A DNA stretch of 63,852 nt, counting the filler, from Craspedostauros australis (lineage: Eukaryota), in assembly GCA_030167865.1 (NCBI GenBank). It is 22 parts of 22 records of this genome, joined end to end, with 100 filler letters (N's around TTAATTAATTAA, not from the genome) between each part and the next. Parts side by side here need not be neighbours in the genome. Positions count along the whole stretch, not along the records: positions 1 to 2,521 come from JALAGF010003250.1; positions 2,622 to 4,605 come from JALAGF010003251.1; positions 4,706 to 6,609 come from JALAGF010003252.1; positions 6,710 to 11,246 come from JALAGF010003253.1; positions 11,347 to 14,854 come from JALAGF010003254.1; 17 more parts are not named here. One strand, written 5' to 3'. Positions 1 to 11,373 of this stretch are shown here, piece after piece. The notes under the pieces were generated by a model. That model saw only the letters and a program-made list of their open reading frames with translations, searched no databases and had not been told where the DNA came from. Made by a program: the position numbers and the translations under genes. Position 1 is the first letter of the stretch, and every line of letters begins with the position of its first letter.

Positions 1-132
1 TTCAACTACACATCGTGTGTGTGGTAGCCTTTCATCACGGTATCGGTCTTGGGTACCGAATACTGTGTACGCGGAATGGACAGTCAAGTCCCGGGTCAGT
101 CCCGGAGCTAGTCTGTCCCAACTCTCCCTCTC
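1..132 (-). mobile_element. Polypurine tract and start of the 3' LTR of copia copy A
   Basis: The minus strand reads GAGAGGGAGAG-T-TGGGACAG about 75 nt after the pol stop: a purine tract (122-132) abutting a TG LTR start near 120. Confidence 0.65.
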
Positions 133-205
133 GGCGTAGTGCGAAGCATGTCCCCGGTGTAAAAACCTCCATCGTTCGATCAACAGTTCACAATTTGTGG
201 TGCCA

Positions 206-2521
206 TCACCATCCCATGAGCATCCGTCGCAGGTGCTCGAATGCATCCCGCGCAAGACCCTTGGTGAAGATGTCAGCGACCTGATGTGGTGTTGGTACGT
301 GTAGGATTCGAATGAAGCCTTCCTTGACCCAGTGCCAGAAGAAGTGCCATTTGGTGAGAAAGTGTTTGGTTCGCGCCGTGACCTTGTGGTTTGTTGCCAG
401 TGAGATGCACGCCTCATTGTCTTCAAAAACGGTGCATTGGATATTGGTTTGCAGTGGTTGGTTGAGGTTTGTTGATGCGTTCACTTCGTTGATGAGTTGT
501 TGCATGGGGATGAGGGCGCGCATGGCAAGAGACAGCGCGGCGTATTCCGACTCCATTGTCGATAAGGCAATCTCCGTCTGTAGCTTCGATTTCCACACGA
601 GCGGGCAACCACCGAGGATGATGACATAGCCGGTACGTGAGCGTACTGCGTTGGGAGAATCGTCGGACTCGCGCTTGTACAGACCAGCAAAATCGGCGTC
701 GACGTAGCATTCCAAGTTGAGTTGACCCGTTGGTCGTACGATAGTGCCCATGGTGTTTGTGTGGCGGAGGTATCGCACGATCATCTTGATGGCCTTTGCG
801 TGCGGTTGGCGGGGATCGTTGCTGAATCGGGCCACTTGAGAGACGGCGAAAGCCAGGTCGGGGCGTGTGTTTGTAGTCAAGTAGAGCAGCATGCCGACGA
901 TGGAGCGGTAGTTCCATGCTTCCTTCATTGGCGGTTGGTCGGCTGAAGCGCCAAGGGCAAGTTGCGTTGTCGGTGTTACGTTTGGTTTGCAGTCTTGCAT
1001 GCCGGTGGCCTCAATGATCTTGTTGATTAGGCCGGTTTGCTTGAGGTGAATCGTGTTGTTCTTGGGGTCCCTGTGCAGCGATATCCCCAGGAATTCTGTG
1101 AAGGTGCCTTCTCGTGTGAGATCAAATCCGCGCTTACGCATGGACTCGATGAATGCGTCTGCCTCTGCTTCCGTACGCGAGGCGATGCCAGCGTCGTCCA
1201 CGTAGAGGACGATCATCATGCCGTCGCGCATGAATAGGCACTTCTCTTGATCACACGCATGGAACCCTTCCGCGAGAAGAGCGCGCACAAGGTGTTGGTA
1301 CCATAGCTTGGGAGCTATAGTTAACCCGTAGAGGCTCTTGATCAGCTTGAGGCATGTATCGGGTCCGTTGGTTGATCGGAATCCGCGTGGGAGGTGTAGG
1401 TACACAGGCCGATGGATGTCGGCTTGGACGAATGCATTCGAAAAATCAATCGATGTCGTGACCCAGCGAAGCAAAATGGACAGAATGAGGAAAACTCGGA
1501 CGGACGACCACGCGACAACTGGAGCGTAGGTGGCTTCCGTTTCGGTCATCATGTCGCCTCTGCAGCACCATCGGCCCTTGTACTTCTTGACCGTGCCGTC
1601 AGGCATTCGCTTGCGTCGGAATACCCACGTGCCTGGAAAGATGCGGTCGGTGGTGGAGGACTTTGGTACCTCAATCCATGTCCCTTTCTTCGTGAGGTCG
1701 TGAATTTCCTTGTGTGCGGCGGCCATCCATTCACTCTTGTTGTCGTCGTTCATTGCCTCGTTGAAGGAAAGCGTGTCTGGGTCGGCTTTTGACGCCTTGT
1801 AGCTGAAGTATCGGTCTGTGAGGCTGAGGTCACCGCCGCTGGTGAAGAAGCTGAGTAGGTCGTATGTGATGAGAGCGTTGTGCTCGCCGTTGTCGTTGTT
1901 GTCACGGTCGAGGATGGCTGCCATCGCATGATGCTCGGTGCGTTCAGGAGGCTCGAACTCACTTGGAGGGACTGGGATGTTCGGTGGGATCGCCGGAGCC
2001 ACTCCGAGCTGGACGAGCAGGTGATGTAGGGCGACTTCGTAGCGTTCGTTGTGTGTGGCGATATTCCAAACGCAGCTGGCTCGAGTCATGAAGTTGTACA
2101 GTCTTTCGCTGTCGTCGGGCGGCCGCATGCCGCTGTTGACTGCCGCGATTGCTCGCTCAAGGGTGTATGGCTCTCCTTCCGTCCGTGGGATGAAGTCAAA
2201 GTAGGAGACAGGCAGTTCGTATTCATCAGCAAGGATGAGGTCGTCGAGAGTATCAATCAGTCGGCGAATGGCGTAGTAGAGACATTGCATGCGGGCGTCC
2301 CTCGACGGAAATCGGAAGCGCACTACATTGTCGAAGTAGTGTTCCATGTATTGGACAACGCGTGGAAGTTGGGTCCACAGGGTTGCCATCTCCGTGGGTC
2401 CCATCTCAGAATCGTCAGAAGAATCGTCGTCATCCGCGAGTGTTTCGGGCGGATTACTTGCCATTAGGATGTGGTGTTCGTTGGTTGGCGCTCCTCCGCT
2501 TGTCACTGCGTCCTCTTGTTC
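206..2521 (-). mobile_element. Ty1/copia (CoDi-like) pol fragment, copy A: unknown domain + RT + RNase H, 5'-truncated by contig end
   Basis: RT motifs TWVFRRKR..KYKGRWCCRGD, IDFSNAFVQ, KSLYGL and LYVDD are followed by copia RNase H motifs YVDADFAG, STMESEY, EDNEAC and ADIFTKGL. Confidence 0.95.
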
Positions 2522-2621
2522 NNNNNNNNNNNNNNNNNNNNNNNNNNNNNNNNNNNNNNNNNNNNTTAATTAATTAANNNNNNNNNNNNNNNNNNNNNNN
2601 NNNNNNNNNNNNNNNNNNNNN
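2522..2621. other. Artificial contig linker N44-TTAATTAATTAA-N44 (first of 21)
   Basis: The same 100-nt spacer, with stops in all six frames, starts at 2522, 4606, 6610, 11247, 14855, 16311, 17889, 19120, 20559, 24663, 25934, 28563, 30215, 31326, 32531, 37003, 48777, 53255, 57993, 59606 and 61818. Confidence 0.98.
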
Positions 2622-3363
2622 GGAGAATCTGATAGTCGGCACCGCCTTGCGACGTGGACAGCACCAGCAACGGCCTCGAATCCTCCATCATATGCGCGAT
2701 CCTCTGTTTCGCGTCTTGGCTGGGCTCGATCGGAATCATGACCGCGTGCCCGTGGTACGCTGCGCCATCGCGTTGCCCAAGTCGGAAGGGATGATTGAGA
2801 CAATGCACCGCGAGGATGACGAGGGGCAGGAGCGGACCTTCCGGCATGGCAACGGCGATGGGCAAACCGATGGATGGAATGTTCTCGTCGAATGAAGGAA
2901 GCGGCGCGCATTGGCGGATCTTCTGTCTCAATTGAATGACGAGATGCGCCGTTGCATAGATCAACGTCTGGTACGTGATCGCAACACTCGTACGTTGATG
3001 GCTTTGCATCGGCGTTGACATCGCCATCCCATCCACCGATTCTGCTGCATCTGTCCCATTGTGAAGCGGGATCGTCAGAAAGGCCAGGTCTCTCCAGTAG
3101 CAAGGCAATGCTTCGTCTTCTGAACTGGACAAGTCTCCTGTGGATGTTTTCTGCCACACAATCGCTGGTTTGCGAAGCCAACCGATGGATTCGTCACATG
3201 CCATCGTGCGAGCAGATGATGATGATGATGTCTGGCAATTCATGGTCAATGCGGCAATGGAATCCATCCACAGCATCGCAAACGCAATGATGAACGCAGG
3301 ATGTCTGAAGCAGGCTGATGTGGATCGATTCCAAAGAAGAGATCGCGTGCAACCATCAGCCAT
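2622..3363 (-). CDS. N-terminal part of an AMP-binding/adenylation-domain (NRPS-like or AASDH-like) protein, 3'-truncated
   Basis: ITYQTL..., IAVAMPEGPLLPLVILAV, VMIPIEP and QRIAHMMEDSRPLLVLS resemble the A1/A2 region of adenylation domains. The catalytic core lies beyond the contig end. Confidence 0.65.
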
Positions 3364-3416
3364 AGCCTGTGGTACGAGCTATGCAGTGGCGTGCTCTTGC
3401 TCATCGATTGATTCTC

Positions 3417-3478
3417 TGTGATGGGATTGTGATGGGATTGTGATGGTCTCGTGATGGGATTGTGATGGGTTTGTGATG
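3417..3478. repeat. 11-bp minisatellite (TGTGATGGGAT), ~5-6 imperfect copies
   Basis: Directly visible tandem units. Confidence 0.85.
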
Positions 3479-3828
3479 TGCGAGACTGGAGACAGATCTG
3501 ATTTCTTGGCGCCAAAATCGCGTCTGTCCGCAATCCGGAAATGCGGGCATGCAGAGAACTACCAGTACAATCTTCGGTGCTGCCGCATCCCTCTATCGTA
3601 TAATAGCTCGTGCTCGCATGGAGGCAACCTCCACGATCGAACAGCCAGGTGCCAAAGGGTTGGGCTCACGTTCAAAGTGCCATGCTTGGATGATTCATCT
3701 GCATCATGATTGAACAAGTCTTCTCTTACGACTATGTACACGATAGATAGCCCGTAGATCACTAAACGAGAGAGAGAGCAGCAGCAGCAACACCAATTGA
3801 CTATTGGATCAGTTTCTACGAACGACGG

Positions 3829-4605
3829 CTACGATATGCCGCTATTTTCAGTCTCTTGTGTCGTCGATGGCGCTGCTTCATTCTCGCCTCGACGCCTCGT
3901 TTCATCAGCGCCCGCACCATCATCGTCAGAACCGCCATCAGTGAGTAACCTGTATCCTTCATCAACCGCGGCCACCTCCCGATCATCCCGCCATTTCTGA
4001 AACGCGATGATCGCCAAGGAGACAAAGATCAACAACACACCCGCCCACGTCGTCGATTGCGGAACTTGTTGAAAGACGACGACTTCAAAGAGGTAGGCCC
4101 ACACGATGTTGGAGCTGCGCACGATGCTGCCCATTCCCGCCGGTGCCAGTCGCGCGGCATGGTTCAACATGACATGGCCCGCGGTGCCGGTCAACCCCAT
4201 GGCTGCGAGGTACATCAAGATCTTGGGATCCCGGTGCATGGACCAGACTCCGTCGATGCGTTCCACCCACTCCATGTGCCCGAAGACGACCGCGATGATG
4301 AAGCTGAAGACGAGAAAGGACCACACCAATTGCAATGTGTGCACGCCCATCGTTCCGGCGCCGCGCATCAACGCCATGGCTCCAGCGCCGCATATGCTGC
4401 CCAAGATGGCAGTGATGTATCCAACCCAGTAGTAGGGAGAGTCAGCAATCCATGAGTTGCCTTTGTCGACGCCGAAGATGATGGACGGACGAGCGATGCA
4501 GATGGCGCCTGCGAGACTGACGACCGTTGCCACACAATGAGAAGGAAAGATGGGTTCTCCAAGAAACATGGCTGCCAGGAAGATCGTGAAGGTGGGGCTG
4601 AGACT
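3829..4605 (-). CDS. EamA/DMT-superfamily (SLC35G-like) membrane transporter, 5'-truncated
   Basis: Multiple TM helices with motifs SPTFTIFLAAMFLGE, GAICIARP and VWAYLFEVVVFQQVP..TWAGVLLI. Confidence 0.85.
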   Translation of the reverse strand, partial: SLSPTFTIFLAAMFLGEPIFPSHCVATVVSLAGAICIARPSIIFGVDKGNSWIADSPYYWVGYITAILGSICGAGAMALMRGAGTMGVHTLQLVWSFLVFSFIIAVVFGHMEWVERIDGVWSMHRDPKILMYLAAMGLTGTAGHVMLNHAARLAPAGMGSIVRSSNIVWAYLFEVVVFQQVPQSTTWAGVLLIFVSLAIIAFQKWRDDREVAAVDEGYRLLTDGGSDDDGAGADETRRRGENEAAPSTTQETENSGIS

Positions 4606-4705
4606 NNNNNNNNNNNNNNNNNNNNNNNNNNNNNNNNNNNNNNNNNNNNTTAATTAATTAANNNNNNNNNNNNNNNNNNNNNNNNNNNNNNNNNNNNNNN
4701 NNNNN

Positions 4706-5916
4706 AAGGGGAGGAAACCAAGCCACACAAGCAGTATGGAGGTGTCACCCACGCGAACCTGGCCAGGTACACCGCAGGATCCACCGAGGAATCTGATTCC
4801 CAGGACGGGAATGGATCGGACCTATCCTCGATTGACGCCTCGGAGCTCGCCAAGTTCCTAGTCGATTATGGAGGACACGAGGAGAACGGCAACGACCGAC
4901 TCGTGAAGATGATCACGATGAGTGACTCATCCGANNNNNNNNNNNNNNNNNNNNNNNNNNNNNNNNNNNNNNNNNNNNNNNNNNNNNNNNNNNNNNNNNN
5001 NNNNNNNNNNNNNNNNNNNNNNNNNNNNNNNNNNNNTGACGGAGGCGCACAATGCTGCGTTATCGGGAACAAGGACCGGGTCTGGAAGATTGACTACATC
5101 TACCCGCATCGGACGTACAATATCGTCGGTGCCGTGGCCAGCACGATGAGGAAGAACAACCTCGCGGTGGTAGACGCAAGTATCAAGGCCAGGACCAGAG
5201 AAGGCAACGAAGTGATCCTCCGGATCTACAAAGCCGCTCTGAACGTCGACAGTCGGGTGACACTGCTCTCCGACCACCAAATTCGAGCCAGTGGAGCCGT
5301 CCTCGATACGGTTTCGTCGGAACACCGGGCATCGTTTTCGACACCAGGCACAGGCCNACAATGCCTAATGCCTGACGAAGACACGACGATCAACTTGGAG
5401 ATGCGAGACGCGCTGATGACGTTCGACGTCTTTCCCATCATGGAGGTCGATGAGGATCTGCCCACCTATGACATCACCCCAAAGCAAGGATGGAACCCTT
5501 CAGATCACCAAGGAGGACACGTGTGCAACGTGCCCATGGGTTGCTACCTTACCAGGGACCCAATCGGAGGAGACAAGGTTGTCGACTGGGATGACCAACC
5601 TGATGCACCGCGTGACGCTGGAGCAATGGACCCAAACGCCCACAACGCATCGAAGGACCCCACGGAACCCGGGACACGCCAGGCCATAAACGGTATCCCG
5701 AATAATCCCATGGAAGGACGAGAACCCATGGACCCCTGTCAGGAATCGGGTGTTCTGAAACACCATATTGCCGCACCTCCCAAGAGTAAGGAGCCGAACG
5801 TGGGGATATTCTACATTACCGCAACTCCCACGTTTGATCACTGTGACACAGAAAAATGTGAGCTGCACGTAACTCGCGGTGGAGAACGCCACGTGCCGAA
5901 TGCGAACCATGCCTGA
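4706..5916 (+). mobile_element. Copia gag-end/aspartic protease fragment, degenerate
   Basis: KPHKQYGG..HAN gag-end-like segment, DGGAQCCVIG protease active-site-like motif and TLLSDHQIRASG. The frame ends before any integrase core; there is an internal N gap. Confidence 0.6.
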
Positions 5917-6146
5917 CGTTCATGACTCCAATGCAGGAATGCGAATCACACGTGTATGTCGCAGGGGGCGGGGATGTTTGGAATCGTGACCAACATCACG
6001 ACACGAGCGACTACGGCCCCCATGTCGCAACCAATGAGAAAAGAGTACTGGAGGAAGGCCGACATCACGAAGTGTGAGACGACCGGTGAACGAACCTGGT
6101 ATGAGGAACATCCAGGAAGCCGGTGAAGTGATCGGCAAGGTAAAGG

Positions 6147-6254
6147 GAGAAACGATGGGAGAAACGATCGGAGAGAAACGATTGGAGAGAAACGATCGGA
6201 GAGAAACGATTGGAGAGAAACGATCGGAGAGAAACGATTGGAGAGAAACGATCG
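6147..6254. repeat. 14-bp tandem repeat GAGAGAAACGATYG with strict T/C alternation (28-bp higher-order unit x3)
   Basis: Six full units at 6171-6254 alternate ...ATTG and ...ATCG, preceded by two shorter units. Confidence 0.95.
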
Positions 6255-7253
6255 GAGTCGATCGGAGATGTGGGATGGTTGAGGAGCTGAATGAGCTCCC
6301 AACCAAGGTGTTCCCTTGACGAATGGGAGACCGTGATCTGATCGAATGAACCGATCTGTGTGATGCCTACAACTCGACGTTATCTAAGGCATCGAAACTA
6401 TCAGTGGAGGACAACGTGCTTGTGTGCACGAACATGGGGTACTCGGTGGTGCTTGCATGTCCATGGTGAACTTGCGATGAATGCAAGATGGATGCCTGCT
6501 AGACCAACAGAGGGACCCACGGAGATCTCAGGAGGAGATTGAACTTTGCAATTGAGAGCAATGAAGAGCTCACAGTTCAGAGAAGTAGATTCTAACAAAC
6601 GATTAGCTTNNNNNNNNNNNNNNNNNNNNNNNNNNNNNNNNNNNNNNNNNNNNTTAATTAATTAANNNNNNNNNNNNNNNNNNNNNNNNNNNNNNNNNNN
6701 NNNNNNNNNTTCTCCCAACAGTGAAACTCGAAGCTATGACCTACGAAGAGTTCCTGAGAACGAAAATATGAATCGAGAACTTTCTTCTCGGGACAACAGT
6801 TGTCATCGCCAATACAGAAAGCTCTGATTGGCTGGGTCAGTCACATCGCATATTGACTAATTCGACCCATTTTGCCGGGTGTCCCTGATCCGAACCAACC
6901 ATCATCATGACGTCACGAGAATGACTGCTCCGAAGCGAACGCAAAAATCCAGGGTTCGCTTTGTGCCCATCAAGAACGCATCGTGGTTTCTCGCGTTGCT
7001 GTGGGAATCTGTCGAGGGGTCACCACCATCGGCAGGCATGGGGGTGGGTGGTGCTTGATGGGTGATGGGTGGGAGGAGTAAGATCCGCAATCACGGGCCG
7101 CCCTGTCGCCTCCTTGGTGGATCTTCGGCACGACCAGGCCTCGAGAGAATCAGCGGCCGCACACAAGCACAAAACACAAACACATGCACCCATTCATCAT
7201 TCATCATTCCATCTGCGGCAGCGAGAGGAGATACACCCCACCCAAGAACTCCA

Positions 7254-8518
7254 TGACAGCTTCGTCACTCCTCTATTGTGCTCTTCTCGGTTGCTCCGCA
7301 CTACTTGTACACACTTCCGCGGCCATGGCATCGAAGGTTCTGGTGGCCGGATCTGGTGTGATCGGCTTGCGCACGGCCCTGGAACTGATGCGTCGCGAGG
7401 GATTCTCGGTCGTGCTGCGATCCAAGCATGGTCCGTTGCATACCACCACGTGTTCTCAGGGTGCGGGGGGTCTGTGGATGCCGTTCCATTGCGACGATGC
7501 GCGCGTGGATGGTTGGGTGTTGGAGACTCTGGATGAGCTGCACCGGTTCGTGGGAACGCCGTCGGCGAGTGGCGAGAGTCGGCCTTCACCCGTGGAGATC
7601 GTGCCCGCCGTCATGCTGTTCCGTGACAAGCATGATCCGAACGAACATAGCAACGTCCCGGCATGGACCAAGGATCCACGGCTGGGATTTCAGCACCTGT
7701 CCGTGGCGCAGCTCTGCGAACAGAATGCGAAGATGCGGCTGAAACTTCCACCAAGGCGGGAGCTGAATGAGGCCGGATACGAAAGCGCATGGCTGCTCCA
7801 CCTGCCGATAGTGGATCCGCTCAAAATGCTGCCGGCGATGCTGGAGGAGATCAATGAGATCGGCGCTCAGCGCAACGATCCGGTGGACATCGACCTCGAG
7901 ATGGGCGATGCCGGATGTTACGAATCCCTGGAGCACATGGTGGAAGATGCAAAACGGTTGGGATGCGATGCGGTGATCAACTGCTCGTCGTTGGGGTCGA
8001 GGGAGATCGCAGATGACAAGCAACTTCTGCCTGCACGCGGCATTCTTCACCACTACGATCGCTCTAACTGCTTGAGGCGCGATGGCATCGCCGCCGATGA
8101 ACTTGGAGCATTGGTCAACGATGCTACCATCATGACGGAAGAAGCGCCTTGGGGATCAGAGACAAGACCGGCCTACATGATTGCACGCGGCGATACCATC
8201 GTGGTGGGTGGTTCGTATCTGGAGCACGACATACGGACAACCCTCAGTGACGAGGAATCCGAGATGCTGCTGAGCAACGCGAACTTCCTGGGCATCGACA
8301 CCGATCGATGCAAGCCATCGGGTGAGTGGGTAGGGTTGAGACCGTATCGCAATCCTTCGAGATGCGAGATTGACGCAAAGTACAACGGGCGAGATGACGA
8401 GGGTAGCGACAACAGCATGCGGGTTGTACATTCGTATGGATACGGTGGCAGCGGATGGACAGTGTACTCCGGGGTTGCGACGGAAGCGGCAAACATCCTT
8501 TCCAAATCAGGGTCGTGA
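7254..8518 (+). CDS. DAO: D-amino-acid oxidase family FAD-dependent oxidoreductase
   Basis: VLVAGSGVIGL (GxGxxG), SQGAGGLWMP, VINCSSLG, WVGLRP and VVHSYGYGGSGW. The start codon is uncertain (7184, 7254 or ~7325). Confidence 0.85.
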
Positions 8519-9308
8519 AGATCGATTCAACCCATGCGGAAGCATCCAAGAGCAAATCACAGTAGCAGCTTGGCCGGTGGATGCAGGTGCAACTTCTCCC
8601 TCACTTCCCGATCAGTTGCTCTCGACCATAACACAGCCTCGAGCAGAAGGAACATATGATAGATCGTCCTCTATGCATGGGACAGAAGATGAGAACACGA
8701 TACCCCGTACGTACAAGTAAGGATCGCACTCGTACTCGTGGAGCATGTACTAACTATGGCAACAATCGTACCGCACCACCTGCCAAACCATGTACAAGCA
8801 TAAGTACGTTCGCTCTCTCAAACCAAGGCCTGCGTTGTGAGCGGTGATCACAGCACGTCGAGGGCGCCCGTCTTTGTGTGTGGTGCGGTATCAAATGAAT
8901 ACGAATAGTGTCATCAAGAACTGCAACAAGATCCTGTCTTCACAAGACCTCCACCGAAAGGCCCATCATCCGTTGCCTCTTTTACTCCTGGATCTGCCCC
9001 ATCCTGCGGTACGAGCCTGGCTACGTAGCTCTTGAGCGGTACCATGATGCCGTACCCCGTAGCAGCTGCGGAGGTAGCTTCGTCCAATCCCATGTATTGA
9101 ACACCAAGCGTCCGTGGAATGGTGAAGACAGCTGACGGGCTGATGCATGTTCGTGAAGCAAAAGCTATGGGCAGCAGCCGAGCAAGATTCAGGAACACGG
9201 CTGTCGATCGAATCAGAGTTGGTGTAGTTGTTGGATAGTGTTGCTGCTGGTGATGTCAACGTCGATAGTGGATTGTTGATAGTCAATTTCAATTTGTGGA
9301 AGGAAAGC

Positions 9309-11246
9309 AATAATAATAACTCAGTGATTACATCATAGATGTGCCATAAGGCTTTACCCTCGCCGTCGCCGGCCCCGTAGGACCGAGCTTCGAGCGAGCT
9401 GTCGAGATTCTACTCAATCTAGGCCTAGCCACGTTGCCATGGCCTGTCGTTCCGCTTGCATGGAACGCGACCGCCGTCGGGCTTTGACTGCGGCCTGTAC
9501 TGCCGTCATCGAATGCACCCATTGTCGCATTTGGGTTTCGGTGCCGTACTCGATGTTGCGTCCGTCTCGTAAGAGCTGCAGTTCTGACGCTGTCATGTCT
9601 TGGCTGGCACTCTGGGTTATCCGGCGCACCTGCCTGCGCAATTCCTGCGTAGTTGGGTGCTGATCCCCGTCGTGCACTTTCGCATTTCTCGCCGTCCATA
9701 TCGTCCAAGGTACTTTCCAGATCCACCGGATTACCTCTCCTGCCCATGCCCTAGCGTCCGGGAAAAAGCACTCGTGCGTCGTCATCCACTGCCTCTGCGT
9801 CCGTACCCAATCCTTGTGTAGGAAGCCTGCTAGCAGAGGATACCAACCTATCGCGCTCTGAGGTCCATCCGTTCTCAACTTCCGTCTCCACCGCACTAGC
9901 CCCACTCGCATGTTCTGGACCAGTCGCGGGGCCGTACCAATTCTCACCATGGTAGCGATCAGATCGGCCGTGGAGTCCTGCCAAGCTTCCTGGTGTTCCG
10001 GGCACTGCAGCACGTGTTCCGTCGTTTCCTCGTGGGGACAGAATTGGCACTTCGCCGTGGGTCGCTGTCCCATCTGATGCAATTTCTTGTTGACACCGAT
10101 GAAACCCGAGGACCACTTGGACATGAAGGTGACCATCGTCTTGCTCTTTTTGGCCGACCTCGTTGACCTGTACGTATGCCAGTCCACCGCTGCGGCCTGT
10201 TCGTCCTCCCACTGAAACTTCGATGACCAATAAGTGGCAGCTTCCGCCGCCTGTAGTATCTCGTTCAATGCGTGCTTGTCCACATGCGAGGCATCCGTGT
10301 CTCGGAGACGTAAACGCCACCTGTCAGTGCTCGTGCTCCATCTTTTCACCATTCGGCGTTGTGCTGTCTCAACCCAAAACCGCTTAGCATTGTCGTCGAC
10401 AATCACATTGAGCCGCTCCAGGGTGGTCAGCGTCTTCCCAGTATCATCCTGGTGACCTTTGACCCATTCCCATTTTAGGGTGGCCCGAATCTGGCGCCGA
10501 AGCTTCCGAATCTCGGTGAGCACGTCCCAGTCTCGTTGGTGTGGGCGGAGCTCGTCCTCCTGCGCTCGTTGCATGGCCTGTTTACCGTCCAAGGCCAGCG
10601 TAATCACGCAGTCCTCGTCCAGCCCTGGCATCCTGGATATGACTGCCAGAGACGCCCATACACCTGCCAGTTCGCTTCTGTAGGCGCTTTGTACTTCTCT
10701 GGGTCCTGGAACAAAGGTGTTGCAGCTCATGCTGGCGTTGGACTCGGCGTCAAACAGTATCGATGACGAAGTCCCTCGGAAATCCTTGAACGAACCGTCA
10801 CTCACCACCAGTAGCTTTCCACGTCTGGCCGCCCTTACTGCGTCATGAGGCTGTAGGTCCCCCTGCAGCTGCTCGACCGGGTTGTAGCCTTCCGAGGGCT
10901 CGTCGCTCGGCTCAGCCAGGCCCACGTGGCCATCCCACTCGATTCCCGTTTCAATCATCGTGACAGACACGCGCTTGGCCCCCGTTGGGAGCACCTCGAC
11001 GTGTCCAGCCCTAGTGAATCGCTGTCGACGGGTCCGGCTGGTGAGACGCTGCCTGTATCGCTGGATTGGACGAGTAGCCATGTCAAAGATCACATCTGTG
11101 TACGGTAGCTTCCACCACCGCCAGGTCCTATCATCGCTGTGCCACCTGCCCAGGGGTTGGTGGAGCGTCAAGCCTCGGAAGCACATGAATTTGCACCACC
11201 GCTGCCATTCCTTCCACCAGCCGCTCGGGAGGCGGTCAGGTTGGCT
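9309..11246 (-). mobile_element. Non-LTR retrotransposon 3' part (Ambal-like): RNase H + C-terminal Zn finger, ORF stop at 9414, short (TTA)n tail
   Basis: RNase H motifs VSDGSF, SAYRSELAG, LDG, WVKGHQDD and NVIVD; zinc knuckle CQFCPHEETTEHVLQC; minus-strand TTATTATTATT about 95 nt after the stop. Confidence 0.8.
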
Positions 11247-11373
11247 NNNNNNNNNNNNNNNNNNNNNNNNNNNNNNNNNNNNNNNNNNNNTTAATTAATT
11301 AANNNNNNNNNNNNNNNNNNNNNNNNNNNNNNNNNNNNNNNNNNNNATCAACAGTTCACAATTTGTGATGCCC

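Noticed and set aside
2566..2577. Recurrent TTAATTAATTAA palindrome as a biological repeat or piggyBac target
   Set aside because: Always centred in 44+44 Ns; it is an artificial six-frame-stop linker.
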